DNA of 60,274 nucleotides, the filler included. It is 8 parts of 8 records of this genome, joined end to end, with 100 filler letters (N's around TTAATTAATTAA, not from the genome) between each part and the next. Parts side by side here need not be neighbours in the genome. Positions count along the whole stretch, not along the records: positions 7,357 to 12,582 come from DRR723986_14417; positions 12,683 to 19,054 come from DRR723986_14418; positions 19,155 to 25,407 come from DRR723986_14421; 5 more parts are not named here. The stretch is one strand, 5' to 3'. The position numbers were made by a program, and so were the translations under genes. Below, piece by piece: positions 8,639 to 19,767 of this stretch. Below the pieces are notes generated by a model that was not told the origin of the DNA, made no database searches, and saw only the letters and a program-made list of their open reading frames with translations. Positions within the stretch are counted from its first letter, which is position 1. Each line of letters opens with the position of its first letter.

Positions 8639-11580
8639 TTGACATTCCCCACGTTTTCAACGCTACAGCGCCCGATCTTAGTCGTCTCCCGGCTATCTTT
8701 CATGGCTCTGCTATTGTTGTTGGTTGTTGCCGGGCTCGCCCGGGCAGAGTCCCCTGCGGACAGGCCTCCGGTGATTACCATCGGCGTAGTCGCCGATAAC
8801 GAACCATACAGTTTTTTCGAGGGACGCACCCCAACGGGATTTTCCATTGACGTCCTGCGAGAAGTCGCTCGTAACGCCAACCTGACCTTCGATTTCCGGG
8901 CCGGCAGCTGGCCAGACATTTACGCGGCATTCCTGCGGGGCGATCTGGACGCCATTGATGGTATTTCCTGGCGCCCGGAGCGGGCTGAAAAGATCCTGTT
9001 TACCGAACCCTACCATTTTCGCGAAGTCTACCTGATGCGCGACAGCGCTCGTTACCTGCCCCCAATCCAGAATCTGAAGGACCTGGCAGGCCTGAAGATC
9101 GGGGTGGTGGAGAACATATACTACCTGGATCGGCTGCAGGAAGAAGACCTCACCATAGAGACCTACGACACCCTGCCCAGCCTGGTGCGGGCCCTGGCCT
9201 TTGGCTGGGTGGATGTAGCCGTTGGCCCACGCCTGACCATGGAGTACCTGGCCAACCAGGCCGGCTTCCGTTTTCTGGAGATGGCCGGGCCCGCACCTCT
9301 GAACCAGTTATCGCGGGAAGACTTTCGAATTGGCGTCAGAGTTGGCGACCGGCTACTCCTCGACCGCTTACAGGCCGGGCTGGATGCCATTCCGACAAAC
9401 CGCCTGAGTAATCTGCGCGAACGCTGGCAGGAGTTCGGTGGCTATTCTTCAGAACAATCCGCCAGGCTGCCTTTAAGTTCCGAACAACTACGGTTCCTGG
9501 CCAGCCTCGGGCCGGTTCGAGTTGGTTTCATGGACGATTATGCTCCGTTCAGCTTTACCGATGGCGGCCGAACCCTGGGACTGAGCGTGGACGTTATGGA
9601 TCGTCTGGCCGACCTTACCGGCCTGCAGATCATTCCGGTACGCGGCCAGTGGGACGAGCTGATTCCAATGCTGCAGAACGGCGATATCGATATCATGGCA
9701 AACATGTCCTATCGCCCGGAACGGGAAGCCTTTGCCCGTTTCACCGAGCCCTATCACACTATCCCCAATGTCATATTTACCCGCAGTGACAGCCTGAACT
9801 ACACCCGGCTGGAAGACCTGAGAAACTACCGCCTGGCCATCGGTGCCGGCATCTATTACGAAGAGGCCGTCAAAGAGATTCTGGGCACAAAAAATCTGCT
9901 CACCTTCAGCACCCAGGAGCCTATGTTCCACGCCTTGGCGAAGGGCGACGTGGATGTAGTGATCAATGCCCTGCATTCGGGCAATTACTGGATACATGAA
10001 CTTGGCATCAGCGGCGTGCGTATTGCCGGCGAACTGGTACTTCCCGGTTTTACCGGAGAGGATCTGCGCTTCGGCATCCGACCGACCCTGTCGCCCCTGG
10101 CGGATATCCTGAACCAGGCTCTGGCGTCGATCTCACCCACCGAGCAGAGAACCATCGAAACCCGCTGGCTCGGCGCCACGGCCCGCCGGGCTGACCAGTC
10201 AGGTGGCCGAATTGAGTGGAATGAAACGGAAGCCGACTGGCTGCAACAGCATAATCGCAGAGTCCGTATTTGTGTCGATCCAGACTGGAGCCCGCTGGAA
10301 GCCGTCGAGAATGGCCAGCATGTTGGACTCTCAGCCCAGGTACTGGAGCTGTTCCGGGAACGGGGTGACCTCAATTTCGAGCTGGTGCCAACCGACAGCT
10401 GGCGGGAATCCATTGACGCCGCCCGCGACCGCCGCTGTGACATGTTCCCTATGGCTATGGAAACCCCGGAACGCACCAGCTACATGAACTTCACCACACC
10501 CTACCTTGAAGTGCCTAATGTCATCATGGGGCGTATTGAGGCACCATTTATCGAACGGCTGAGTGACATGGGCGACAGGCCCGTTGGCGTGGTCGACGGC
10601 TACGCGTTTGCCGAGCTCCTCAAACAACGTTACCCCTCGCTGCAGCTCGTTCCGGTTGGCTCCGAGCAAGAAGGGTTACGGCAGCTGCAAAACGGCAAAC
10701 TGGCCGGCTACATCACCACGCTGGCGACCGCCAGTTATTACATGCAGTCACTCGGCCTGGCCGACCTGAAAGTGATCGGCCGGGTTCCTGCCGACTGGTC
10801 TCTGGCCATTGCTACTCGAAATGACGAGCCTATACTGCACAACATCATGCAGCGGCTGGTTTCCAGCCTCACTCGAGAGGAGAGGGAAAACCTGGAGAGT
10901 ACCTGGCGTAATCTCCGGATTGAGGAACGGGTTGATTACACCCGTTTCTGGCAGATTCTGATTGCCGGCCTTGTGATAACGGCTCTGCTGGTGTACTGGA
11001 ATCGCAAGCTCGGCCGCCTGAACCGGGAGCTGGCCGAGGCCAACGAAGCATTATCACGGCTGAGCGTAACCGACAATCTCACTCAACTGGGTAATCGCAG
11101 CTATTTCGACCGCGAGTTTCCCCGCAGCTTCCAGTGGTGCCAGCGCCATAAAACCGGCTTCGCGGTGGCCATGGTGGATGCCGACCACTTCAAGAAAATC
11201 AACGACACCTGGGGCCATGAAGCCGGTGACCAGTGCCTTCAGGCACTGGCTGATGTGATGCGGGAGCACTTCCGCCGGGAAACCGACCGGTTGTCGCGTT
11301 TTGGTGGTGAGGAATTCATAATTTTCACCAGTTACGAAGACGCATCCGATATCATGGACCGACTGGAACGTTTCCGGGCAGCGGTTGCCAACCGGCAGTG
11401 CGATACCTGTGCCAGGGTAGCCCGATCGAGCTGACGGTCAGTATTGGCCTCGCCTATGGCGTGCCCGAGCCGACCGGCTCACCGGCAGAGTATCTGAGGC
11501 AGGCCGATCAGGCGCTCTACGCCGCCAAGGGCAATGGTCGAAACCGCCTGGAAGCAAGACAGACCGGACGCAAGACATAA
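8639..11580 (+). pseudogene. Diguanylate cyclase with three periplasmic SBP_bac_3 domains; frameshift near 11400 inside the GGDEF domain
   Basis: Three substrate-binding repeats, a TM helix, then TDNLT.L.NR, DADHFKKINDTWGH, RFGGEEF. The ORF stops at 11434, while the domain end (LTVSIG...[15 protein letters not shown]) lies in another frame (11398-11580). Start uncertain (TTG 8639 or ATG 8702). Confidence 0.8.
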
Positions 11581-11596
11581 GGAACAGGAGCAGAAC

Positions 11597-12568
11597 ATGG
11601 CACGTATCTATAACGACAATTCCCTTTCCATCGGCAACACACCGCTGGTGAAGCTGAACCGGGTAAACGATGGCGCAACGATCTGGGCCAAGATCGAAGG
11701 CCGGAACCCGGCCTACTCGGTCAAATGCCGGATTGGTTCCGCCATGATCTGGGATGCCGAAAAACGCGGTACCCTGAAACCCGGCATGACTATTGTCGAG
11801 CCCACCAGTGGTAACACTGGCATTGCCCTGGCCTATGTTGCCGCTGCCCGCGGTTACAAGCTGATTCTTACCATGCCGGCCTCCATGAGCCTCGAGCGGC
11901 GTAAGGTTCTCAAGGCCCTGGGAGCCGAACTGGTACTCACCGAACCCGCCAAGGGTATGCCGGGCGCCATCGCCAAGGCCGAGGAGATTTTTGCCTCCGA
12001 CCCGGACAACCACTTCCTGCCGCAGCAATTCCAGAATCCCGCTAACCCGAAGATTCACGAGGACACCACCGGCCCGGAAATCTGGGACGATACCGACGGT
12101 GAAGTGGATATCTTTGTTGCCGGCGTTGGTACCGGCGGCACGCTGACCGGCGTATCCCGATACATCAAGCAAACCCGGGGCAAAGCGATTACCACCGTGG
12201 CGGTGGAGCCGGCGGATTCACCGGTCATTGCCCAGACACTGCGGGGCGACGAGATTAAACCCTCCCCCCACAAGATTCAGGGTCTCGGGGCCGGCTTTGT
12301 ACCCAAGAACCTCGACCTTGACCTGGTCGATCAGGTAGAGGCCGTGTCCAACGAGGACGCCATGGCCATGGCCCATCGCCTGATGCGGGAAGAAGGCATT
12401 CTGTGCGGCATTTCCTGCGGCGCTGCGGTGGTGGCCGCGATTCGGGTCAGCAAACAGCCGGAACACCAGGGCAAAAACATTGTGGTGGTATTGCCGGATT
12501 CGGCCGAGCGTTACCTCTCGTCGGCCCTGTTTGCCGATACCTTTGGCGAGCTTGAGAACCAGCAGTAA
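11597..12568 (+). CDS. cysK: Cysteine synthase A
   Basis: [51 protein letters not shown] before ATG 11597. Confidence 0.96.
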   Translation: MARIYNDNSLSIGNTPLVKLNRVNDGATIWAKIEGRNPAYSVKCRIGSAMIWDAEKRGTLKPGMTIVEPTSGNTGIALAYVAAARGYKLILTMPASMSLERRKVLKALGAELVLTEPAKGMPGAIAKAEEIFASDPDNHFLPQQFQNPANPKIHEDTTGPEIWDDTDGEVDIFVAGVGTGGTLTGVSRYIKQTRGKAITTVAVEPADSPVIAQTLRGDEIKPSPHKIQGLGAGFVPKNLDLDLVDQVEAVSNEDAMAMAHRLMREEGILCGISCGAAVVAAIRVSKQPEHQGKNIVVVLPDSAERYLSSALFADTFGELENQQ

Positions 12569-12769
12569 TTCTCACCGTGCCTNNNNNNNNNNNNNNNNNN
12601 NNNNNNNNNNNNNNNNNNNNNNNNNNTTAATTAATTAANNNNNNNNNNNNNNNNNNNNNNNNNNNNNNNNNNNNNNNNNNNNTTCCGGCTCACAGCCCTT
12701 AAGGCTGTGAGCTAAAAATCTACAGGTCTCGCAGCCGCCAGACTCCCAGCCAAAAAGCCTTTGAGCCCA

Positions 12770-12869
12770 GAGACTTCCGGCGCCAGTCTCAAGGCCAAAC
12801 AAAAAGAAACAACAAGCCACAGGAACTGAAGGCGGAGCCGAAAGTGGAGAGGGGCGAAGTGCTCAAGCC
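12770..12869. repeat. Copy of a dispersed degenerate repeat (other copies at 265-335, 19017-19049, 42997-43129, 59825-59888)
   Basis: Shared blocks GAGAC..GTCTC hairpin, AACAAAAAGAAACARCAAGCCACA and AGGGGCGAAGYGCTCAAGCC. Confidence 0.65.
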
Positions 12870-13076
12870 ATCATGTTAATGTCCAGGCCACTTGCCGGTA
12901 CCTGAAATTAAGATATTGCTAAAGTTTGGCGCCAATTCACAAATTGTAGTCGGTCGGAGTTTATTGCGAGTCCGGCGCGCGGTGCATGCCATATTGTGTA
13001 CCCAAATGCAGTTGGTAAGCAGCGGGGGATCGGCCGGTGGAAATGGAGTTGTGGGCCGCCTGAATTATCCAAAAAA

Positions 13077-14603
13077 CTAGACCTTGCCGTCCGACTTTAA
13101 GTGTTCCAGCGTGTGCTGCCAAAGCACCTCGTAGGGGATGATTTCCAGGTTCTCATTGCGGCCAAAATCCATGCCAATCTGTTTAAGTTCGCTCAGACGT
13201 CGTCGGTTTTTCTGGATAGTTTTTTTGTAGTCAAACGCGCAGGCGCTGACACTTAACAACATGCGCAGGAATAGTGCGCTGCGGCGTTGTGATTTGCCGC
13301 GCAACCTGCGGCTCACAAATTGCTGTATGGTATCGTGCAAAGTGTCCAGCTTTTCAGTTTCATTGCGCCGCAGAATGTAAAACAGAACCGTCACGATCTG
13401 GATCGAAATATTAAGTCCACCGCGATTGCGTACCAGCGTGCCGACATTTTCCTGGAAAACCTCGATGTCAAATGCACGCTGATTCCAGGCGGGCGGACCT
13501 GTTAACAAACCCAGGCCGGCCATCGCGCGCAGGTAAGCCTCAAAGATGTGCCAGCGCATTTTGTGGGCCTCCAGAGCCGACGTAAAGCGCGAGTCCTTCA
13601 CCACCTGAGAATATATATCCAGAGCGTCCTCATACTGCCTTAAATGTAGATGCATTAACAAAATTGGTTCGTAGATAATCAGGAAGTTGGCGCGCTTGCG
13701 GCCCAGTAATTCGAGGCAACGCTGACCGCTCTCCAGGCCTTCCTGGTAGCGGCGCAAGCTGAATAAACAGATCATGCGTTTAAGCTCAAATTCCTGCAGA
13801 ATTATTCTGTTCTTAAAACGCGGATGCAGCGACTTAAGATGTGCAACCGCCTCGTCACAAATTGAAATAGTTTGGCGGTAGTCTCCGTTGGCCTGCATCG
13901 CCAGGGCAGTAAGCCGAAACGTGCTGATTTGTAAGTCAAATGAGTCAATTTTACGCGTCAGCTGGCGTGCGGATCTGATGTATTTTAATGCCTGGCTGCG
14001 CACCTCATCCGACGCGTTAATTTCGCGCGAAAATTCAAAGCGCATGGACTGCAGATAATTATCAACCGTTAACTCGGCATTAACAACCTCGGTCAACTCC
14101 TGTAATTCGCTGCTGTAACGGTTAAACGCCGTGCGGTTGCCAACGTAGCTGTAGTGGTAGCGCAGAATTTTAAGACACATCAGATGCAGCAGTGAAAGGT
14201 TAAAACTGCGCGTAATGCGGATGGCCTTGTGGGCCACCTGAATGCCCGCCGTGCGCATACCAATTCCAATCAGCAATCGCGCACAACGAATAAGGCGCAT
14301 GGCTTCCTGCTCGGCACGCATCCGCTCGGTTTTTGCCAGAAAGACCACATCGATTTGCAGCAGTGTGTTTATCAGGCGGTCGCGAACACGGGTTTTGAGA
14401 GTTCTGTACCTGCCGGACTGGGTGTCTGCAACATCAAGATGGATAGCCAGTTCGGCTTCGGTGATATCGGGGTATTGTTGCAGTGTCTCAAGCATCTGAC
14501 CTTGGCGCGAGGTTTTACCACGATTGCGCTCAAAGTCAAATATTTCATACTTTTTCTTGAAATATTTTGTAACAATATTGCTTAACGACTTTATCAGTTC
14601 CAC
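13077..14603 (-). CDS. Hypothetical 508-aa all-helical protein; putative N-terminal HTH plus TPR-like repeats
   Basis: Long ORF; N-terminal ITEAELAIHL...RYRTLKTRVRDRL resembles an HTH; helical repeats such as QANGDYRQTISICDEA, SLRRYQEGLES and HLRQYEDALDIY. Confidence 0.75.
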   Translation of the reverse strand: MELIKSLSNIVTKYFKKKYEIFDFERNRGKTSRQGQMLETLQQYPDITEAELAIHLDVADTQSGRYRTLKTRVRDRLINTLLQIDVVFLAKTERMRAEQEAMRLIRCARLLIGIGMRTAGIQVAHKAIRITRSFNLSLLHLMCLKILRYHYSYVGNRTAFNRYSSELQELTEVVNAELTVDNYLQSMRFEFSREINASDEVRSQALKYIRSARQLTRKIDSFDLQISTFRLTALAMQANGDYRQTISICDEAVAHLKSLHPRFKNRIILQEFELKRMICLFSLRRYQEGLESGQRCLELLGRKRANFLIIYEPILLMHLHLRQYEDALDIYSQVVKDSRFTSALEAHKMRWHIFEAYLRAMAGLGLLTGPPAWNQRAFDIEVFQENVGTLVRNRGGLNISIQIVTVLFYILRRNETEKLDTLHDTIQQFVSRRLRGKSQRRSALFLRMLLSVSACAFDYKKTIQKNRRRLSELKQIGMDFGRNENLEIIPYEVLWQHTLEHLKSDGKV

Positions 14604-14988
14604 GGTTGTCTCACATAGGAAAAGTGCCGAAAATAGGTGTGATGTGTCAAATATTCAAGTGAATTATCTCTTTGCCCACCAAATCAATCAAACTGCGTTT
14701 CGTAAAAATCACTGTAACAATTATGGCAAAAATGATAGTGCTTTTGCCTCGATGCCAGTGTATTTTAACGCTTAAATAGACTCAGGCGAGCACGTTAGTT
14801 CGGGTCCACTTGATGGATCGCCTTGGAGAGTTTCACTGCAAGACGTAAAACTACTCAAACGCTCGAACAAATAAGAAAACTGGATTATACGGCACCCGCT
14901 CGCAGTTAAAAAATAGACTACACGGCTTTGTTCCGCTTAAACAAAAAGACCTGGCGGGCATGGCCGATGTCAAAGCTGAGGAAGGCAC

Positions 14989-15276
14989 ATGCAGTACGAG
15001 GTACGGTATCGCGCCGGCCGCGCCATTGGATCATTGACAATTCAATCAGTTAGTGGCACATACCCGGTAGCATTAACGTCTGCCTGCGTGCAGACACCAC
15101 CAGCTTATTGCTCAGAGCTGGTTTCAATTAGTGGAAACGTAGAGTCGGTCAGCATCGCCGGAGTGACGGTGGATCTGGACGACAGCGCCAGAGTGCAGGT
15201 ACAGACAGATTTTCAAGTGGACATAGCTGTCTATTCGACCTATGTTGAGGTATTTGAGTATGAGGAGGAAGCGTAA
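14989..15276 (+). CDS. Hypothetical 95-aa acidic, beta-rich protein
   Basis: GAGGAAGG RBS before ATG; divergent from the 508-aa gene; followed by stem-loops and a T-tract. Confidence 0.55.
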   Translation: MQYEVRYRAGRAIGSLTIQSVSGTYPVALTSACVQTPPAYCSELVSISGNVESVSIAGVTVDLDDSARVQVQTDFQVDIAVYSTYVEVFEYEEEA

Positions 15277-15394
15277 GACACAATTGCATTGATTAAGCTG
15301 TTGTACTGACCACGCCAGGTGTTGGCTAGCAAGAAACTGTTTGGCATCGTTTGATGCCGACGAGGAAATTGTTCACTTCAATCAACGTACGCGC

Positions 15395-15490
15395 TGAACC
15401 GGGTGCTTTACTCCACCAGTAGGCATCTTGCATGATTGCGCCGCGGCAAAAGTCGTGGTAGTGTTGTGTAGGGACCCGGTTCGTTTTTTT
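15395..15490 (+). terminator. Large branched stem-loop followed by T7 (terminator or structured RNA)
   Basis: GAACCGGGT (15396-15404) pairs with ACCCGGTTC (15474-15482); inner hairpin 15440-15459; TTTTTTT follows. Confidence 0.5.
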
Positions 15491-15636
15491 CCTTTCCATC
15501 CCGTTTAGCGGGATTTGCGTATTTTAAAGCGCTGGAGGCGCTGGTTGCGCCTGTCTGGACTGTCCTGTAGTCCAGATTTTTGTCTTCTGTTCTATCCTAA
15601 ATGGTCCTGCCGGCCAGGCCACACGGAATTCTCCCA

Positions 15637-15924
15637 ATGCAAGACTCAGAACGCATGGCTCTGCTCCTGGAAATGCGCAAGCGTTTCCGCGCTGCACGTC
15701 CGGACCTGAATCTTTCCGCAGATGCGGAAGAGAGTCTGGGTGAAGCAGGCGATGAAGCCGTGGCGCGCAGCCGCCAGGCAGCGCAGCAAAAGCTGGATGA
15801 ATTGGGAGCGCTGCAAGACAAGAGTGACGAAGCCGAGAGTCCGCAATCCCCGCATGACGAGCCAAAAAAGAAGCCGCCCGGCCGGGCAGCCAAATTGATT
15901 CAGCGTTATTTGCAATCCAAATGA
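15637..15924 (+). CDS. Hypothetical charged coiled-coil protein
   Basis: Open frame 15601-15924 directly upstream of, and co-oriented with, the nucleotidyltransferase; start uncertain (15601 or 15637). Confidence 0.55.
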   Translation: MQDSERMALLLEMRKRFRAARPDLNLSADAEESLGEAGDEAVARSRQAAQQKLDELGALQDKSDEAESPQSPHDEPKKKPPGRAAKLIQRYLQSK

Positions 15925-16072
15925 TGCCTTATTCGACTTCCTGATTCTTTGGGGCATTCACAGCTCCCGGGGTTCGGCGGCCTGCGATGCGCAATTCGGC
16001 TGCGCCAATCCCGGGTCCGATCTTGCCCGTACGATTCCGATTGATTGCTTCTGACTGATTTGCATTGAGCCC

Positions 16073-17533
16073 ATGACTGAACAGCCCGAAAACAGCCGCG
16101 CCCATAACCCTGAATATGTCGATATCAGCGAGCCAATTCTACGTGAACTTGGTGCCCTGGCCGACCGCCACAAGGTAGAACTCTACGTCGTTGGCGGATA
16201 CGTGCGCGATGGCTTTTTGAAGAAAGACCGCACGGACATCGATTGCACCGTCGTAGGTGATGCGCTGGCATTTGCACACATCGTCGCCCGTCACTTTAAG
16301 TCGCGTCCGATTGTATATGAGCGCTTCCGCACGGCCATGGTGCCGGTCAGCGATTACAAGCTGGAGTTTGTAGGCACGCGCAAAGAAGAGTATGAAGAAG
16401 GTTCGCGCAATCCGATTGTTAGTGAAGGTACCCTGGAAGACGACCTGACGCGGCGCGATTTTACCGTAAACGCGATGGCGGCCGTACTTAATGAGCGCGA
16501 CCGCGGACGCCTGATCGATCTGTTTGGCGGCCTGGAAGATTTGGAGCGCGGCCTGCTGCGCACGCCGCTCGACCCGCGCACTACTTTTAGTGACGACCCA
16601 CTGCGCATGATGCGCGCTGCGCGTTTTTCAGCGCAACTGCAGTTTGACCTGGATCCCGCAGCAATGCGCGCCATGTCTTCAATGCACGAGAGAATCAAAA
16701 TCATCTCGCAGGAGCGCATTACCGACGAGTTTATGAAAATTTTGGCGGCGCCGCTGCCGAGCGTCGGGCTACGCATGTTGTACCACAGCGGGCTGCTGAC
16801 GCACATATTTCCGGATTTGCACCGCCTGGCAGGTGTTGACGTCGTCAGTGAAGGTTCGCAGGAATACGCCCACAAGGACGTGTTTTTCCACACCCTGAAA
16901 GTTGTTGACAACGTCGCCGAAACAAGCGATAATGTCTGGCTGCGTTTTGCAGCGCTGATGCATGACATTGCCAAGCCGCGCACCAAAAAGTTTATCCCCG
17001 GAACCGGGTGGACCTTCCATGGCCACGAAGATCTGGGCGCTCGCTGGCAGAAGCGCATTTTCCGCAAGCTTAAACTGCCGATGGCACAACTGGATTACGT
17101 GCGCACAATTGTAGCGTTGCACCAGCGGCCAATGGTACTTGTTGATGACGGCGTCACGGATTCGGCGGTGCGGCGTTTGATTGTACAGGCCGGCGAAGCG
17201 CTCGACGACCTCTTTCTGATGTGTCGCGCCGATATTACCAGTCGCAACCCCAACCGCGTAACGCGCTACCTGCGCAACTACGATCTGGTCTACGATAAAA
17301 TCCGCGAAGTCCGCGAAAAAGACAAGCTGCGCGAGTTCCAGTCTCCCGTGCGCGGTGAAGAGATCATGGCAATATGCGAACTGAAACCGAGTCGTCATGT
17401 GGGAGTAATCAAGTCGCACATCGAAGATGCAATCCTGGATGGTCTTATCCCCAATGACTATGACGCCGCCAAAACCTACCTGCTCGAACACAAGGATGCC
17501 TGGCTGAGCGAGGCAATCGACAAGAGCAAGTGA
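16073..17533 (+). CDS. CCA tRNA nucleotidyltransferase / poly(A) polymerase family protein with HD domain
   Basis: VVGGYVRD...DID, DLTRRDFTVNAMA, DDPLRMMRAARF, ERI, HTL, LMHDIAKP, FHGHE. Confidence 0.93.
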   Translation: MTEQPENSRAHNPEYVDISEPILRELGALADRHKVELYVVGGYVRDGFLKKDRTDIDCTVVGDALAFAHIVARHFKSRPIVYERFRTAMVPVSDYKLEFVGTRKEEYEEGSRNPIVSEGTLEDDLTRRDFTVNAMAAVLNERDRGRLIDLFGGLEDLERGLLRTPLDPRTTFSDDPLRMMRAARFSAQLQFDLDPAAMRAMSSMHERIKIISQERITDEFMKILAAPLPSVGLRMLYHSGLLTHIFPDLHRLAGVDVVSEGSQEYAHKDVFFHTLKVVDNVAETSDNVWLRFAALMHDIAKPRTKKFIPGTGWTFHGHEDLGARWQKRIFRKLKLPMAQLDYVRTIVALHQRPMVLVDDGVTDSAVRRLIVQAGEALDDLFLMCRADITSRNPNRVTRYLRNYDLVYDKIREVREKDKLREFQSPVRGEEIMAICELKPSRHVGVIKSHIEDAILDGLIPNDYDAAKTYLLEHKDAWLSEAIDKSK

Positions 17534-17611
17534 TTCGCCGGCCAGACTCAATCCAGACGTAAAAAAAACTCCAAATTGGTGACATTTACTTGTCACTCCG
17601 CGGCATTCTGA

Positions 17612-18967
17612 ATGTCAACCCTGCACAGGAACTCCATGCTGTCATTATCAACTCTCGCCTCTCGCATCTGCATTCCAGCCTGGGGCTCGCGGGCTGCACG
17701 CCGACTGGCGACTCCGGCACTTCCGGCTTTGGGTTTTACGCTGTGTCTGCTGATGGGGATTGGCCTGGTCGGGTGCGGAGATTCGGAGCTGCGGCGCGGA
17801 CGTGTTAACCTCTTTGCAGATGCGGGCCGCACCAATTCCTACGAGAAATATGGTACCTTCAACAGCACCATGATCATGGATGTGGATCTGAAAGCCCAGG
17901 AAGACGGGCCGCGGATTTCACTCAAAGGCGCCATCGCTCCACCGCTCGTCCTGACCTCCGACATGTTGCTTCTGGCCGGTGCCGACGGAAACCTCACTAA
18001 AGTTGACGCCGACATTGTCACCTGGCAGCAGCCCTTGCCGAACAATTCAGTTGTAGCCACAGCCATGGGTGCCGACGCCCACTGGAACATGTACATGCAG
18101 TGCAGCGACGGCGCGGTGCGTTCATATGATACAGCCGGAAATTTCCGTTGGGAGCAGCAGCTCAGCCACGGCAGCGCCATCGTCAGTTATTCGGACTTGC
18201 TAATGTTGCCCGGCCGTGTAATCGCTTGTGACAGTCGCGGAAATGTTCGCTGCATCGACACCAATGGAACCCTTAAATGGCAGCGCCAGTCAAGCAAAGC
18301 TGTAGCGCGTGTTCCGGCGGGGGACAGCAGCGGCAATCTCCTCATCTACGCCACACATAATAAATATGGTGAGACCGATTCGGTTATCAAGCTCGACACC
18401 AAGGGCGCAACGATGTGGACACGTCCGTTCGCAGGTACGCGATTGTTTAAGGGACCAATTTTAGTTGACGACAAGGTTGTGGTTGCCGGCATCAAACAAA
18501 ATGCTGAGGATCGAGTGCCGGTCATGCACGTCATGGACCGCATGGGGCGTGTTATCTGGTCGCGCGAGCTGCCGACTACGCCGCGTGGTTTGAGTGCTGC
18601 GGAGGACGGAACCATTTACGTTACCGCGTACGAAGCTGCGCCGGGTGATACGCGTAGTAATATCAGTGCCGTTAGTCCGGATGGAACCGAACTTTGGAAT
18701 CGCGATTTTAACTTCACAATTCCGGGTGCCGCACTGGTCAGCCAGAATGCGATTGCGTTTACGGGCTACAAAAAAAATAGCAGCACGGGTCTGTATCTGT
18801 TGCGCCGCGACGGTAGTTTCCGCGAGGTAATTTCACTCAGTGGTTTGCCAATTGTTAACCTGCATGCCGCGGTTGGCAACAATGCCGATGTGATTTACGC
18901 AATGTCTGAAAAGCTCGGTTATGTAGCGGTTGGCGAATCCACGGTCCAGCGCGTTCTGCCGTTTTAA
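17612..18967 (+). CDS. PQQ-like (BamB-type) beta-propeller lipoprotein
   Basis: Lipobox GLVG-C; repeated D..G...W blade motifs (DTAGNFRW, DTNGTLKW, DTKGATMW, DRMGRVIW, SPDGTELW); start uncertain. Confidence 0.75.
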   Translation: MSTLHRNSMLSLSTLASRICIPAWGSRAARRLATPALPALGFTLCLLMGIGLVGCGDSELRRGRVNLFADAGRTNSYEKYGTFNSTMIMDVDLKAQEDGPRISLKGAIAPPLVLTSDMLLLAGADGNLTKVDADIVTWQQPLPNNSVVATAMGADAHWNMYMQCSDGAVRSYDTAGNFRWEQQLSHGSAIVSYSDLLMLPGRVIACDSRGNVRCIDTNGTLKWQRQSSKAVARVPAGDSSGNLLIYATHNKYGETDSVIKLDTKGATMWTRPFAGTRLFKGPILVDDKVVVAGIKQNAEDRVPVMHVMDRMGRVIWSRELPTTPRGLSAAEDGTIYVTAYEAAPGDTRSNISAVSPDGTELWNRDFNFTIPGAALVSQNAIAFTGYKKNSSTGLYLLRRDGSFREVISLSGLPIVNLHAAVGNNADVIYAMSEKLGYVAVGESTVQRVLPF

Positions 18968-19154
18968 CTTGTTTGCGGCTCAGTCTTTAGTACCTGGTCT
19001 CTCGGTTTTTTGGAGCGGCTTGAGCGCTTTGAGCCCTGCGCATGGCTTGGTCTCNNNNNNNNNNNNNNNNNNNNNNNNNNNNNNNNNNNNNNNNNNNNTT
19101 AATTAATTAANNNNNNNNNNNNNNNNNNNNNNNNNNNNNNNNNNNNNNNNNNNN

Positions 19155-19554
19155 CCGTTGCGCTCCGGTTGCGGGCGTCGGCTGGGGTTGTCAGGATATT
19201 CTCCGCGCGCCCATTCTCATCTGTTTGAACTTCTGATGCTGCAAGCGTTGCATTACTATCGACACTGAACGATACGGGTACCTCGCTCATCAGGCCGTTG
19301 TTTTTGTCTTTAACAAACACAACGATATTCGATTGAGCATCCTCACTGGTGCCCATTTGCACCGGCGCAGCCGTAAGCACCAGTGATCCGACATTTCCAA
19401 CCCCATCTTGGTCGGAGCCATCGCCACCCTGATCTCCCGTGGTATCTCCTGGATCTATGCCGCTCAGATTCGAGGAGCTATCGTCCCCTCCACAGGCAGC
19501 CAAAAACAAAGCCAGCGATAATGCCGACGCTCTCGCAAGGAGTTTCCCTGACAT
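19155..19554 (-). CDS. Lipoprotein with a bacterial Ig-like (Big_1/invasin-type) domain, 3' truncated
   Basis: Lipobox LAA-C-GG; VKDKNN..MSEVPVSFS...TDENGRA Big_1 pattern. Confidence 0.75.
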
Positions 19555-19767
19555 TTTTTATCTCCAGTTTTCGTTACTGCAAAAATAGCTTCTTCGCCGC
19601 AGGACCCTATCTGGAACCCGCAACCTTACGTCATGTTTAAGCATTATCGCTTAGATTGCTGAAAATCATAGCACAGTCAATGTAAGTGAGGCGCTCAGAC
19701 GCGAGTATTTGTGAAAAACATTGTAACGGTTTGCAGAATATGCGCCACGTCACGCTTCAGCAAGATG

